From the NCBI GenBank assembly GCA_900551615.1, contig URWN01000001.1:73767-137766 (forward strand): DNA of 64,000 nucleotides, written 5' to 3'. The notes below the pieces were generated by a model. The model did no database searches. It worked only from the letters and a program-made list of their open reading frames with translations, and had not been told where the DNA came from. Origin of the DNA: an uncultured Clostridium sp. Its GTDB lineage: Bacteria > Bacillota > Clostridia > TANB77 > CAG-508. Shown here in pieces: positions 52,494 to 62,405 of this stretch. A program made the translations under genes and the position numbers. The number at the start of each line of letters is the position of its first letter. Position 1 is the first letter of the stretch.

Positions 52494-53337
52494 TTACATA
52501 ACTACCATTTTTCCATTAGAACCTATACCACCAATGCCTTTTCTACCATCTCTAATTTCTTTTATAACATCTTCAACTGTAACAAATTTGTAGGTTTCAG
52601 TAGTTGCAACCTTCTCAGCAATTATTAAAGGATCTAGAAAATCAATTAAAATTCTAGCAGGAGAAGAAGCAAAATTAGCACCAGCCATCATTATAGCCTC
52701 AAAATAACTTTGGCAGGCACCAGCAAAAATAACAGTGTTAGTATTATTTTCATTATCATATCTTCGGGCTTCTTTAACAGTATTTATAAAGTGCTTAGAA
52801 TTACGATAATTATAAATATCGTTAAAATTCGACCCCCTTTTAATCATACCATCATGCCCGGTAATTATAAGAATATCTGGTCTATATATTTTAAGTAATT
52901 TATATACAACACGTGGTTGTCTATATTCTGGAATATTTTTTACAATAGCATTTAATCCGAACTTTTTTATAGTAATTATAAGATTTTTGAGAATATCTTT
53001 TATCACCATCTAAGTGTAATATCTTTCCCGTGATAATTCGTTCCCTTAATTTTGATTCTTCATTTATGAAATTAAATCTATATTCATTACTTTTTTCTAT
53101 TATTCTAGAATAAAATCTTTTTTCTTCATTGTCAAACAAATTTTTAATTGTTTTATTGTCAAGTAATTCTAAGTCTTCTATATTACTGTCAGCCTCAATT
53201 CTTTCAAACAAACCACAAAGTATCGCAATATCTGTATTAGAAGTTTTTACTAATCTTTTTACATAAAATATAATATCTTTTCCATATGATTTTCTTGCTA
53301 CTATGTCTCCTTTTTTTATTTTTTTCACATTAATCAC
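52494..53337 (-). pseudogene. yabG: sporulation-specific protease YabG (peptidase U57), split by a 1-nt insertion in an A4 run (T-run 52998-53001 on +)
   Basis: N-part MINVKKIKKGDIVARKSYGKDIIF...ILHLDGDK. C-part (other frame) DILKNL...IYRPDILIITGHDGM. Deleting one A restores HLDGDKDILKNL. Confidence 0.8.
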
Positions 53338-53602
53338 CTCATATTTTCAGGCTATTATATTTTATGTCGAAAAAAGAAATTTTGTGTTATGATTTAAAGG
53401 ATCCTGCAACCAGGGTTTGTTAAATCATTTACATTAGAATTTGTTAACGTATATAGGAAAAACGAGAAAAATATGAAAACTATAATACTTAGGTATAAAA
53501 ACAATATAATTACTAAACTGTAACAAAAAGCATGATACAAAAATAACATAATACAAAAATAACTTGCAAAATCTGTAAAATAGTATATAATATATACGAA
53601 AG

Positions 53603-54295
53603 GTGATAAAAGTGGAAACAAAAAATTTAGAAAAATTAGAAGAAAATATAGGATACAAATTCACAAACAAAAAATTATTACAAAATGCATTAACACACAC
53701 ATCATATGCATATGAACATGGGGTGCAAAGCAACGAAAAGCTAGAATTTTTAGGAGACAGTATATTAGAATTTGTATCAAGTGAATATATGTATAACAAA
53801 TACTTAAACTTAAAAGAAGGACAACTAACAAAAGTAAGAGCAACCGTAGTATGTGAAAAGAGCTTATACAAAGTAGCAACAGCACATAATTTTGGAGAAT
53901 TCTTATATTTAGGAAAATCTGAAATAAAATCAGGTGGAAGTAAAAGACCAGCAATACTTGCAGACAGTGTAGAAGCAGTAATAGCCGCAATATTTATAGA
54001 TGGTGGATTAGAACCAGCCAAAAAATTTATTATAAATAATCTAAAACAAAAAATAGAAATTGCAACAAAACATGTTGGAGAAAAAGATTATAAAACCGTA
54101 TTACAAGAAGAATTACAAAAAAACGGAGATGTAAAGATAGAATATACAATAATAAAAGAATCAGGACCAGATCATAATAAATCATTTGAAGCAGAGGTTG
54201 CTTTAAATGGAAAAATTTTAGCTACAGGAAAAGGAAAAAGCAAAAAGGAAGCAGAAATGCAAGCTGCCAAAAAAGCGTTAGAAAACAAAAACTAA
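53603..54295 (+). CDS. rnc: ribonuclease III
   Basis: NALTHTSYA, ERLEFLGDS-type signature (EKLEFLGDSILE), C-terminal dsRBD (GPDHNK.F...V...G......GKGKSKKEAEMQAAKKAL). Start GTG 53603 or 53612. Confidence 0.95.
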   Translation: MIKVETKNLEKLEENIGYKFTNKKLLQNALTHTSYAYEHGVQSNEKLEFLGDSILEFVSSEYMYNKYLNLKEGQLTKVRATVVCEKSLYKVATAHNFGEFLYLGKSEIKSGGSKRPAILADSVEAVIAAIFIDGGLEPAKKFIINNLKQKIEIATKHVGEKDYKTVLQEELQKNGDVKIEYTIIKESGPDHNKSFEAEVALNGKILATGKGKSKKEAEMQAAKKALENKN

Positions 54296-54316
54296 AAACT
54301 CAAAATTGTAAAAATT

Positions 54317-54347
54317 AGGGATTTGGTGTGGTGGCCCCATAATCCCG
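54317..54347 (-). repeat. GC-rich intergenic hairpin motif, copy 3 (inverted orientation)
   Basis: Reverse complement is CGGGATTATGGGGCCACCACACCAAATCCCT. GGGATT / AATCCC can form the stem. Confidence 0.7.
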
Positions 54348-54375
54348 AAAAATTTATAGAAAGAATGGAGAAAGT

Positions 54376-55482
54376 ATGAGTAAAGAGTATGTAATTCCAG
54401 TATTTGTACCACATTTAGGATGCCCAAACGATTGTATATTTTGCAACCAAAAATCAATAAGTGGTCAAAAAAAGAACCTAACAAAAGAAGAAGCTAAAAA
54501 AACAATAGACTATTTTTTAGAGAACATAAAAGACAAAGATGCAAAAAAAGAAATAGCTTTTTTTGGAGGTAGCTTTACAGGCATAGATGAAAAGCAACAA
54601 GAAGAATTACTACAAATAGCATATGAATACATAAAAAATGGACAAGTAGATAGTATACGAATATCAACAAGACCAGATTATATAAATAAAGAGATACTAA
54701 AAAGATTAAAAAAATACAAAGTAAAAACAATAGAATTAGGGGTACAATCAGCAAATGACTACATACTAAGTAGAGCAAACAGAGGACATACTTTTAAAGA
54801 TGTAGTAAAAGCATCAAAATTAATAAGATGGTATGGATTTAATTTAGGAGATCAAATGATGGTAGGTTTGCCAGAAAGTAACAGAATAGATGAAATAAAT
54901 ACAGCAAAAGCATTAATCAAGCTAAAACCTAAAATGATAAGAATATATCCAGTACTAGTAATAAAGGGGACAAAGTTAGAAAAAGAATATAATGATGGAA
55001 TATATGAACCACTTTCAGTTATTCAAGCAGTAGAAACTTGCAAACAATTAATAAGAATGTTCAATGATAAAAAAATAGATGTAATAAGAGTAGGACTTCA
55101 AAATACAGAAGAAATTTGTGAGCCAGGAAGTAATCAAAGTGAAGTTGTAGCAGGCCCATTTCACCCAGCATTTAGACAATTAGTTGAATCTGGATTATGG
55201 TATGATGCAATTGTTGAAAAAATTAAAAAATTAAATGTAAAAGTAAAAGAAGTCGAAGTTACAGTAAATCCAATTGATGCAAATAATGTAATTGGACATA
55301 AAAGAGAAAATGTGAAAAAATTACAAGAATTATATGAAGTAGATTTAAAAGTTAAACAAGATGAAAGCATTAAACAAGGAAAATTAAAAGTAGAAATAAC
55401 AAAGACTTATAACGATTTCCTAGATGAGAACGAAACAATGCAAAATGCAAAGAAAGTAAATAAAACGGTAACAAAAAAATAA
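54376..55482 (+). CDS. radical SAM protein (ELP3/MiaB-like family, function unknown)
   Basis: CPNDCIFC CxxxCxxC cluster motif near the N-terminus, followed by a TIM-barrel-like region. Confidence 0.8.
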   Translation: MSKEYVIPVFVPHLGCPNDCIFCNQKSISGQKKNLTKEEAKKTIDYFLENIKDKDAKKEIAFFGGSFTGIDEKQQEELLQIAYEYIKNGQVDSIRISTRPDYINKEILKRLKKYKVKTIELGVQSANDYILSRANRGHTFKDVVKASKLIRWYGFNLGDQMMVGLPESNRIDEINTAKALIKLKPKMIRIYPVLVIKGTKLEKEYNDGIYEPLSVIQAVETCKQLIRMFNDKKIDVIRVGLQNTEEICEPGSNQSEVVAGPFHPAFRQLVESGLWYDAIVEKIKKLNVKVKEVEVTVNPIDANNVIGHKRENVKKLQELYEVDLKVKQDESIKQGKLKVEITKTYNDFLDENETMQNAKKVNKTVTKK

Positions 55483-55560
55483 ATATAAAGCAAAATCAAA
55501 AAATGATTATTGCATAAAATCACCTAAAATTACCATAATAGTAATAAAGGTGATTCTTTT

Positions 55561-56412
55561 ATGGAAATAAGTAAAAAAAATATAAAACAATTTACAATAG
55601 AAATATTAGAAACAATAGTTGGTGCAATAATTATGGCAATAGCAACTTCATTATTTTTATTACCAAATCAACTATCATCAGGAGGATTTGCCGGAATTGC
55701 AACAATTTTATATTATTTTCTAAACATACCAATGGGAACAACAATACTTGCAATAAATGTCCCATTATTCATATTTTCAGCATATAAATTAGGAAAAGGG
55801 TTTGTAATAAGATCATTTATAGGAACAGTAACATTTTCATTTGCTATAGATATTTTAGACAAATTAACACCACTAACGCAAGATAGATTTTTAGCATGTA
55901 TTTATGGGGGAATTATAATAGGTTTAGGAACAGCAATAATCTTAAAAGCAAATTCATCAACAGGTGGCTCAGACTTAATAAGTATGCTTGTGAAACAATA
56001 TAATGCAGAAATAAGAACAGGAAATGTGATAATAATTGTAGATATAATAATTGTAGGACTAAACATTTTATTCTTTAAAGAGATAGAAATAGGACTATAT
56101 TCAGCAATTGCAATATATCTAATGGGAAAAATGATAGATATTATTTTTGAAGGAATTTACTTTACAAAACTAGTTATTATTATTTCAGACAGAAATGAAG
56201 AAATTGCAGAAGTAATAGGAGAAAAAATAGGAAAAGGAACAACAGGACTTTATGGAAAAGGAATGTATAAAGACGAACAAAAACTAGTACTTTTATGTGC
56301 TGCTTCAAGAGGAGACGTTTCAAAAGTAAAACAAACAGCAAAAAAAATAGACCCACAAAGTTTTATTATAATTGCAAACGCAAGAGAAGTAGTAGGTCTA
56401 GGTTTTAAATAA
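55561..56412 (+). CDS. YitT family membrane protein (DUF2179 C-terminal domain)
   Basis: 5 TM helices with GGFAGIA and SSTGGSDL motifs, plus a soluble C-terminal domain. Confidence 0.8.
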   Translation: MEISKKNIKQFTIEILETIVGAIIMAIATSLFLLPNQLSSGGFAGIATILYYFLNIPMGTTILAINVPLFIFSAYKLGKGFVIRSFIGTVTFSFAIDILDKLTPLTQDRFLACIYGGIIIGLGTAIILKANSSTGGSDLISMLVKQYNAEIRTGNVIIIVDIIIVGLNILFFKEIEIGLYSAIAIYLMGKMIDIIFEGIYFTKLVIIISDRNEEIAEVIGEKIGKGTTGLYGKGMYKDEQKLVLLCAASRGDVSKVKQTAKKIDPQSFIIIANAREVVGLGFK

Positions 56413-56418
56413 TATATC

Positions 56419-57966
56419 TTATAATTCCTCTCCATCAAATTCTTCTAAAGGCTCATTATTCTTATCAGCATTTTGAAGATTTAGTTGATAAAAATTATCA
56501 ATTAAAGAATTTATAATCTTCTTTGAAAATTGTATTTTTGAATCATCATTATATATTCCTAAATGTTTTGCTTGTACTTTAAAATAATTTACAGCAGAAG
56601 ATAAAGAAACATCTAATAATTTTAATGCATCAGGAGAAATGAAATAATCTGTTGTATCTTTTATTTCTGATTTTTTTTCTTCACATATTCTATTTAAATC
56701 AGAATAAATGTGGTCATAGTCTAAAGTACTAGGACAATTTTCAATTGCTCCAAACAATGCAATATTATTTGGATTAGAATTTACTTTATTTAAAATTTCA
56801 TTTACCTTTTCAGGGGTTAAAATATTATTATAATCATTTTTTACAATTATTTCAAAAGTTCCTCCACCTGAATGGATAGGAAAAGTCCTAATATTACTTT
56901 CTTTTGGAATAACTTCATTTAAATTGTTAATTAAGCTGTCAAAAGTAGACTTGATTTTTAAGTCTGTACTAGAATGAGATGATATTGAATTCAATATTTT
57001 TATTCCTAAAGATTCAGCTAAAATAACTTTAAAAGGAGCCTCTTCCTCTGCAAAACGAGGAAGTATATAGTGGTCTCTATATACATTATTATGCGCACCT
57101 GTAATAGAATCTGTAGATAATATATCTCTGATATTGTTTAAATCAGGAATAGAAATAGAATCTAATTCATCATAATCAATTTCTTTATTAGTTATTAAAT
57201 TATAGACTTTAGATGCAACATCAGGAGCTATTTTGCCGTTATCATCATGAATAGATTTTTCATCTGTATTGTTTAGTGGAATATTATCAGTATTTAACAA
57301 ATTAGACACCGTATTTATAACAGGATAAGATAAATTTTTTAAGTCATCCTGATCAAAAACACGTTTTGATGAAAAACGAAAATTATTAATATATGTGCTA
57401 ATTGTAGAATTAATAAAAGTATCCAATTTTCTATTATATTCATCTATATCTTTAACATTTTCATTAATATTTAAAAGAGAATGTTTTTTTAAATTAACCT
57501 TATTTTCAACATAAGCATACATATCATGTATATTATCAAATTCTGATGAATCACAAGCACCAAAAGTAATATCAAGCCCCTCTACTTTTTTATTAGAAGA
57601 AAGAGATTTATGTATTTGTTTAGTAAGGACTCTTGTATCTTTTGTAGATAATCCTGGAAGAACAAAACAAAATTCATCTCCACCTAATCTTGCAGAAGTT
57701 ACGTTTTTTGGTAAATAATTCAATATAGTTTTTAATAATTCTTCAATAGCCAAGTCAGCTTTTTTAAATCCTATTTTATCATTTAATTTCCTTAAACCAT
57801 CAATATCACCATATAATAATGCGTAATTATCAACATTTTTACAAGAACTTAAGAATAAATCGTAGAAAAATGTGTTAGATAAAATACCTAGGTCTGGATA
57901 ATCAGGCATAGAAAAGTTTCTTATATAATTAAGTAAATTTAGTTTTGTTGCCAATTTAGCATTCAT
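56419..57966 (-). CDS. cytoplasmic protein with N-terminal GGDEF domain and a second, degenerate GGDEF-like domain
   Basis: GDIDGLRKLNDKIGFKKAD...ARLGGDEFCFVL (GGDEF at residues 95-99). Second module SITGAHNN...FKVILAESLGIKILNS...IHSGGGTFEIIV (GGGTF at 367-371). Confidence 0.75.
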   Translation of the reverse strand: MNAKLATKLNLLNYIRNFSMPDYPDLGILSNTFFYDLFLSSCKNVDNYALLYGDIDGLRKLNDKIGFKKADLAIEELLKTILNYLPKNVTSARLGGDEFCFVLPGLSTKDTRVLTKQIHKSLSSNKKVEGLDITFGACDSSEFDNIHDMYAYVENKVNLKKHSLLNINENVKDIDEYNRKLDTFINSTISTYINNFRFSSKRVFDQDDLKNLSYPVINTVSNLLNTDNIPLNNTDEKSIHDDNGKIAPDVASKVYNLITNKEIDYDELDSISIPDLNNIRDILSTDSITGAHNNVYRDHYILPRFAEEEAPFKVILAESLGIKILNSISSHSSTDLKIKSTFDSLINNLNEVIPKESNIRTFPIHSGGGTFEIIVKNDYNNILTPEKVNEILNKVNSNPNNIALFGAIENCPSTLDYDHIYSDLNRICEEKKSEIKDTTDYFISPDALKLLDVSLSSAVNYFKVQAKHLGIYNDDSKIQFSKKIINSLIDNFYQLNLQNADKNNEPLEEFDGEEL

Positions 57967-58037
57967 TTCTTAAACTCCTAACATATTATAATATATTCTA
58001 ATATAGCACTAAATAGAACTAATATCAAGAGAAAATA

Positions 58038-58949
58038 TTGAATAATTACAATAAAAATGATAAAATAATTTTGGTGAGAATAGTGAAAAAACAGAAATGT
58101 ATAATAGAAAATCAAAATTCATTTGAGTTAAAAGACATATTTGAATGTGGACAATGCTTCAGATGGAATGAACAAGAAGATGGCAGTTACACAGGTATCA
58201 TAAAAGATGGAATAATAAACGTAAAAAAGGAAAATGAAGATATAATATTTACAGGAATTTGCGATAGAGATATACAAGAAATTGTTTATGAATATTTCGA
58301 TTTAAATAGAGATTATGAACAAATAAAAAAACAACTATCAAATGTAGATGAATACTTAAAAACAAGTGTTGAATACGGAAAAGGAATAAGAATACTAAAT
58401 CAAGATTTGTGGGAAACAATAATTTCTTTTATAATATCAGCAAACAACAATATCCCAAGAATAAAAGGAATAATAGAAAGATTATCAAAAAAATACGGAA
58501 ATGAAATAGAATGGAAAGGACAAAAATATTACACATTTCCAAGTTGTGAACAATTAAAAGACGTAACAGTTCAAGATTACAGAAATCTAGGACTAGGATT
58601 TAGAGATATCCGATTATATGAAACAACACAAATGATATTAAATAAAGAAGTAGATTTAGAAAAGTTAAGAAATAACCAAAATACTCAAGAAGTTAGAAAT
58701 GAATTATTAAAACTTTCAGGAGTAGGACCCAAAGTTGCAGATTGTATATTATTGTTTTCAAATTTAAAGAGATTTGATGTATTTCCAATAGATGTATGGG
58801 TAAGAAGAGTTATGAATGATTTATACATAAAAGAAGTAGATGAAACAAAAGTAAGTAAAACAAAAATAGAAAAATTGGCAGAAGAAAAATTTGGAAACTT
58901 AAAAGGACTTGCACAACAATATTTATTTTATTGGAGAAGAGAAAATTAA
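58038..58949 (+). CDS. ogg: 8-oxoguanine DNA glycosylase / AP lyase (OGG1-type, HhH-GPD)
   Basis: OGG N-domain (FECGQCFRW), HhH-GPD (LSGVGPKVADCILLF...FPIDVW). The true start is possibly GTG 58083. Confidence 0.8.
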   Translation: MNNYNKNDKIILVRIVKKQKCIIENQNSFELKDIFECGQCFRWNEQEDGSYTGIIKDGIINVKKENEDIIFTGICDRDIQEIVYEYFDLNRDYEQIKKQLSNVDEYLKTSVEYGKGIRILNQDLWETIISFIISANNNIPRIKGIIERLSKKYGNEIEWKGQKYYTFPSCEQLKDVTVQDYRNLGLGFRDIRLYETTQMILNKEVDLEKLRNNQNTQEVRNELLKLSGVGPKVADCILLFSNLKRFDVFPIDVWVRRVMNDLYIKEVDETKVSKTKIEKLAEEKFGNLKGLAQQYLFYWRREN

Positions 58950-58950
58950 G

Positions 58951-58981
58951 CGGGATTACGGGGCCACCACACAAAATCACG
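58951..58981 (+). repeat. GC-rich intergenic hairpin motif, copy 2 (CGGGATTACGGGGCCACCACACAAAATCACG)
   Basis: Fills almost the entire 45-nt gap between ogg and addB, ending just before the AAGGAG SD. Confidence 0.7.
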
Positions 58982-58994
58982 AAAAGGAGAAAAT

Positions 58995-61900
58995 ATGAGT
59001 TTACGTATAATATATGGAAAATCAGGTAGTGGAAAAAGTAAATTTTGCTTTGACGAAATAGCAAAATTAGTAAAAACAGAAAAGAAAATTTATATAATAA
59101 CACCAGAACAGTTTTCATTTACAGCAGAAAAAAAGTTAATGGATGCAATTGATACAAGGGCTATAATAAATGCAGAAGTAATAACAATTTCAAGAATGGC
59201 ACATAGAGTTTTGCAAGAACTAGGCGGAAATACAAAAACACAGCTAACAAAATGTGGAAAGTCTATGCTTATTTATTCAATACTAAATGAAAATAAAAAC
59301 AACCTAAAATTTTTAAGTAAATCAGACGAAAATATTGATTTATCAATGACTGCAATTACAGAATTTAAAAAACACGGTGTATTACCACAAGATTTAAAAC
59401 AAGAAATTGAGAATACAAATGACAAATATCTAAAAACAAAATTAAACGATATGTTCTTAATTTACAGTAACTTTGAACAAAAATTGCAAGGCGAATATAT
59501 TGAAGACACAGACTTATTAACCATATTAAGTAATATTATTGAAGATTCTGATATTGTTAGAGATAGCTTAATTTATATAGACGAATTTTCTGGTTTTACA
59601 TATCAAGAATATGAAGTTTTAAAAAAATTTATAAAATTAGCAAAACAAGTAACAATAACTGTATGCACAGATAGCTTAGAACCAAGCCTAAAACCAGATA
59701 CAGATATTTTTTATCCAAATAAAGTTACAGTTTCTAAGATAATGAATTTAGTAAAAGAAGAAAATTTAAAATTAGAAAAGCCTGTTTATTTAGATGAAAC
59801 ACCTCGTTTTAAAACAGAAGAATTAAAATATTTAGAAAAAAATATTTTTAATAACAGAGCAAAAAAATATGATAAAAAAGTAGAAAATATCAAATTATTT
59901 TTAGCTAAAAATCAATATTCAGAAATTGAAAATGTTGCAAAACAAATAACAAAATTAGTAAAAAATCAAGGACTAAAATATAGAGATATTTCAGTAATTA
60001 CAAGAAATATTGATACATATTCAAGTTTAATAAGGAGTATTTTTGCACAATATGATATTCCTGTTTTTATAGATGAAAAAAGAGATTTAAACCAAAATAT
60101 AATTGTTCAATATTTACTTTCAATATTCGAAATATTCAGTAATAATTTTTCAAAAGAAGCGGTTTTTAATTATTTAAAAATAGGATTTTCAGATTTAGAA
60201 AATGACGATATTTTTAAATTAGAAAATTACTGTACAAAATGGGGAATAAAGCACAATAAGTGGAAAAACGATTTTACATATGGCATAAATGATGAAAACA
60301 AAGAAGAAATAGAATATCTAAACAAATTAAGAAAACAAATAATAGAGCCATTATTAAACTTAAAAAATAAATTTGGAACAGTAAAAGAAACAAGCAAAGC
60401 AGTATATGAATTTATGCAAGAACAGCAAATAGAAGAGAAAATCAACACAAAAATAAATGAATTACAAGAAATAGGACAAATTGATTTAGCAAATGAATAT
60501 ATAGCAAGCTACAAAATAATTTTAGATATATTTGATGAAATGGTTTTAATATTTGGAGACGAAAAATTAAGTATTGCCAAATATATGCAAATACTAAAAA
60601 CAGGCCTAAAAAATAGTGAACTAGGAAAAATACCAGGAACACAAGACCAAGTAATTGTAGGTGATGTAGAAAGGTCAAGAAGTCACAAAGTAGATACAAT
60701 TTTTATAATAGGATTAAATGATGGAAGCTTTCCAAGTATTAATAGGGCAGAAGGTTTTTTCGGAGACAAAGACAGAGAAATTTTAAAACAAGATGGAATA
60801 GAACTTGCAAACGGAACAATAGAAAATTTATATGAAGAAAACTTCAATATATATAAAGCATTTACAACAGCAGAAAAGCAACTATATTTATCATATGCAT
60901 CATCAGAAACAGAAGGAAAATCATTAAGGCCATCAATGATGATAAACAAAATAAAAAAATTATTTCCAGAATTAAAAGAAGAAAGTGATATAATCAACAA
61001 AAACTACGAAATAACAAACAAAAACATGACATATCAAGAACTTTTAGAAAACATAGCAGAACTAAAAAATGGAAACAAGATAGATGATATATGGTACATA
61101 ATTTATGAATACTATAAAAACCAAAATGAGTGGTATTCAAAGGTACAACAGGATTTACAAGGAATAGACTACACAAACATTCCAGAAAATATAAATAAAG
61201 AAACAATACAAAAACTATATGGAAACACATTAAATGCAAGTGTATCAAAATTAGAAAAATTTGCACAATGTCCATTTTCATATTATTTACAATATGGATT
61301 AAGACTAAAAGAAAAGGAAGAATTAAAAATTCAAAATTTTGACACAGGTTCATTTATGCATGAAACAATAGATGAATTTTTCAAAAAAGTAAAAAATGAA
61401 AATATCAGCTTGCCAGAACTGGTAACAGATGAAGAAAAAATACAAAGTCTAGTAGATACAGTAGTTGAAGAAAAACTAGATATGGGCAAAAAATATACAT
61501 TTGTAGCAACACCAAAATACAAAGTTTTAGTAAAAAGATTAAAAAGAATAGTTGCAAAAGCACTAAAATACATAATTGAAGGACTTGTATATAGTGAATT
61601 TAATATAGAAGGAACAGAAATTGAATTTGGTAAAAAAGGAAAATACAAACCAATTTTAATAAAATTAGATGATGGCAAAAAAGTTGAAATTACAGGAAAA
61701 ATTGACAGAATAGACACAGCAAATTCAGAAGACGGAAAATACCTAAGGATTATAGATTACAAATCATCAGCAAAAAATATAGACTTAAATGAAGTATATG
61801 CAGGATTACAAATTCAGTTATTAACATATATGGATGCAGTGTGCAAAGAAGAAGACTTAATGCCAGCAGGAGTTTTATATTTCAGTTTGTTAGAACAAAT

Positions 61901-62345
61901 GATAAAAGCAGACAAAAAAATAACAGAAGAACAAATTGAAGAAGAACTTAGAAAAAACTTCAAAATGAAAGGCTTAATATTAACAGATGTGAAAGTAATA
62001 AAAATGCACGACAAAAATTTAGAATCAGGCACATCAAAATTAATACCAGCAACATTAACAAAATCAGGAGATATATCAGAGGCAAAAACAAATGGTGTTA
62101 ATAAAGAAGAATTTGAAATTTTACAAAATTATATTTATAGAACTATTAAGCAAATTGCAAAAGAAATTTTAACAGGAAATATAAATATAAAACCATATAA
62201 TAAAAAAGGAAAAAAGCCTTGCGATTACTGCTCATATAAAGCTATATGTGGTTTTGATACAAGAATTTGTGGGAATAATTATAATTATATAGACAAAAAG
62301 TCAAAAGATGATATAATTAGGAAAATGAAGGCAAGTGAAAAATAA
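58995..62345 (+). CDS. addB: ATP-dependent helicase/deoxyribonuclease subunit B (AddB)
   Basis: 1116 aa. N-terminal GKSGSGKS P-loop, C-terminal RecB-type nuclease with Fe-S cysteines (C...CDYCSYKAIC). Confidence 0.9.
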   Translation: MSLRIIYGKSGSGKSKFCFDEIAKLVKTEKKIYIITPEQFSFTAEKKLMDAIDTRAIINAEVITISRMAHRVLQELGGNTKTQLTKCGKSMLIYSILNENKNNLKFLSKSDENIDLSMTAITEFKKHGVLPQDLKQEIENTNDKYLKTKLNDMFLIYSNFEQKLQGEYIEDTDLLTILSNIIEDSDIVRDSLIYIDEFSGFTYQEYEVLKKFIKLAKQVTITVCTDSLEPSLKPDTDIFYPNKVTVSKIMNLVKEENLKLEKPVYLDETPRFKTEELKYLEKNIFNNRAKKYDKKVENIKLFLAKNQYSEIENVAKQITKLVKNQGLKYRDISVITRNIDTYSSLIRSIFAQYDIPVFIDEKRDLNQNIIVQYLLSIFEIFSNNFSKEAVFNYLKIGFSDLENDDIFKLENYCTKWGIKHNKWKNDFTYGINDENKEEIEYLNKLRKQIIEPLLNLKNKFGTVKETSKAVYEFMQEQQIEEKINTKINELQEIGQIDLANEYIASYKIILDIFDEMVLIFGDEKLSIAKYMQILKTGLKNSELGKIPGTQDQVIVGDVERSRSHKVDTIFIIGLNDGSFPSINRAEGFFGDKDREILKQDGIELANGTIENLYEENFNIYKAFTTAEKQLYLSYASSETEGKSLRPSMMINKIKKLFPELKEESDIINKNYEITNKNMTYQELLENIAELKNGNKIDDIWYIIYEYYKNQNEWYSKVQQDLQGIDYTNIPENINKETIQKLYGNTLNASVSKLEKFAQCPFSYYLQYGLRLKEKEELKIQNFDTGSFMHETIDEFFKKVKNENISLPELVTDEEKIQSLVDTVVEEKLDMGKKYTFVATPKYKVLVKRLKRIVAKALKYIIEGLVYSEFNIEGTEIEFGKKGKYKPILIKLDDGKKVEITGKIDRIDTANSEDGKYLRIIDYKSSAKNIDLNEVYAGLQIQLLTYMDAVCKEEDLMPAGVLYFSLLEQMIKADKKITEEQIEEELRKNFKMKGLILTDVKVIKMHDKNLESGTSKLIPATLTKSGDISEAKTNGVNKEEFEILQNYIYRTIKQIAKEILTGNINIKPYNKKGKKPCDYCSYKAICGFDTRICGNNYNYIDKKSKDDIIRKMKASEK

Positions 62346-62405
62346 TTACAATTATAAAATACGTAAAAATTTATAAAGAATTTTCAATATTAAAAGGAGA
62401 GAATT

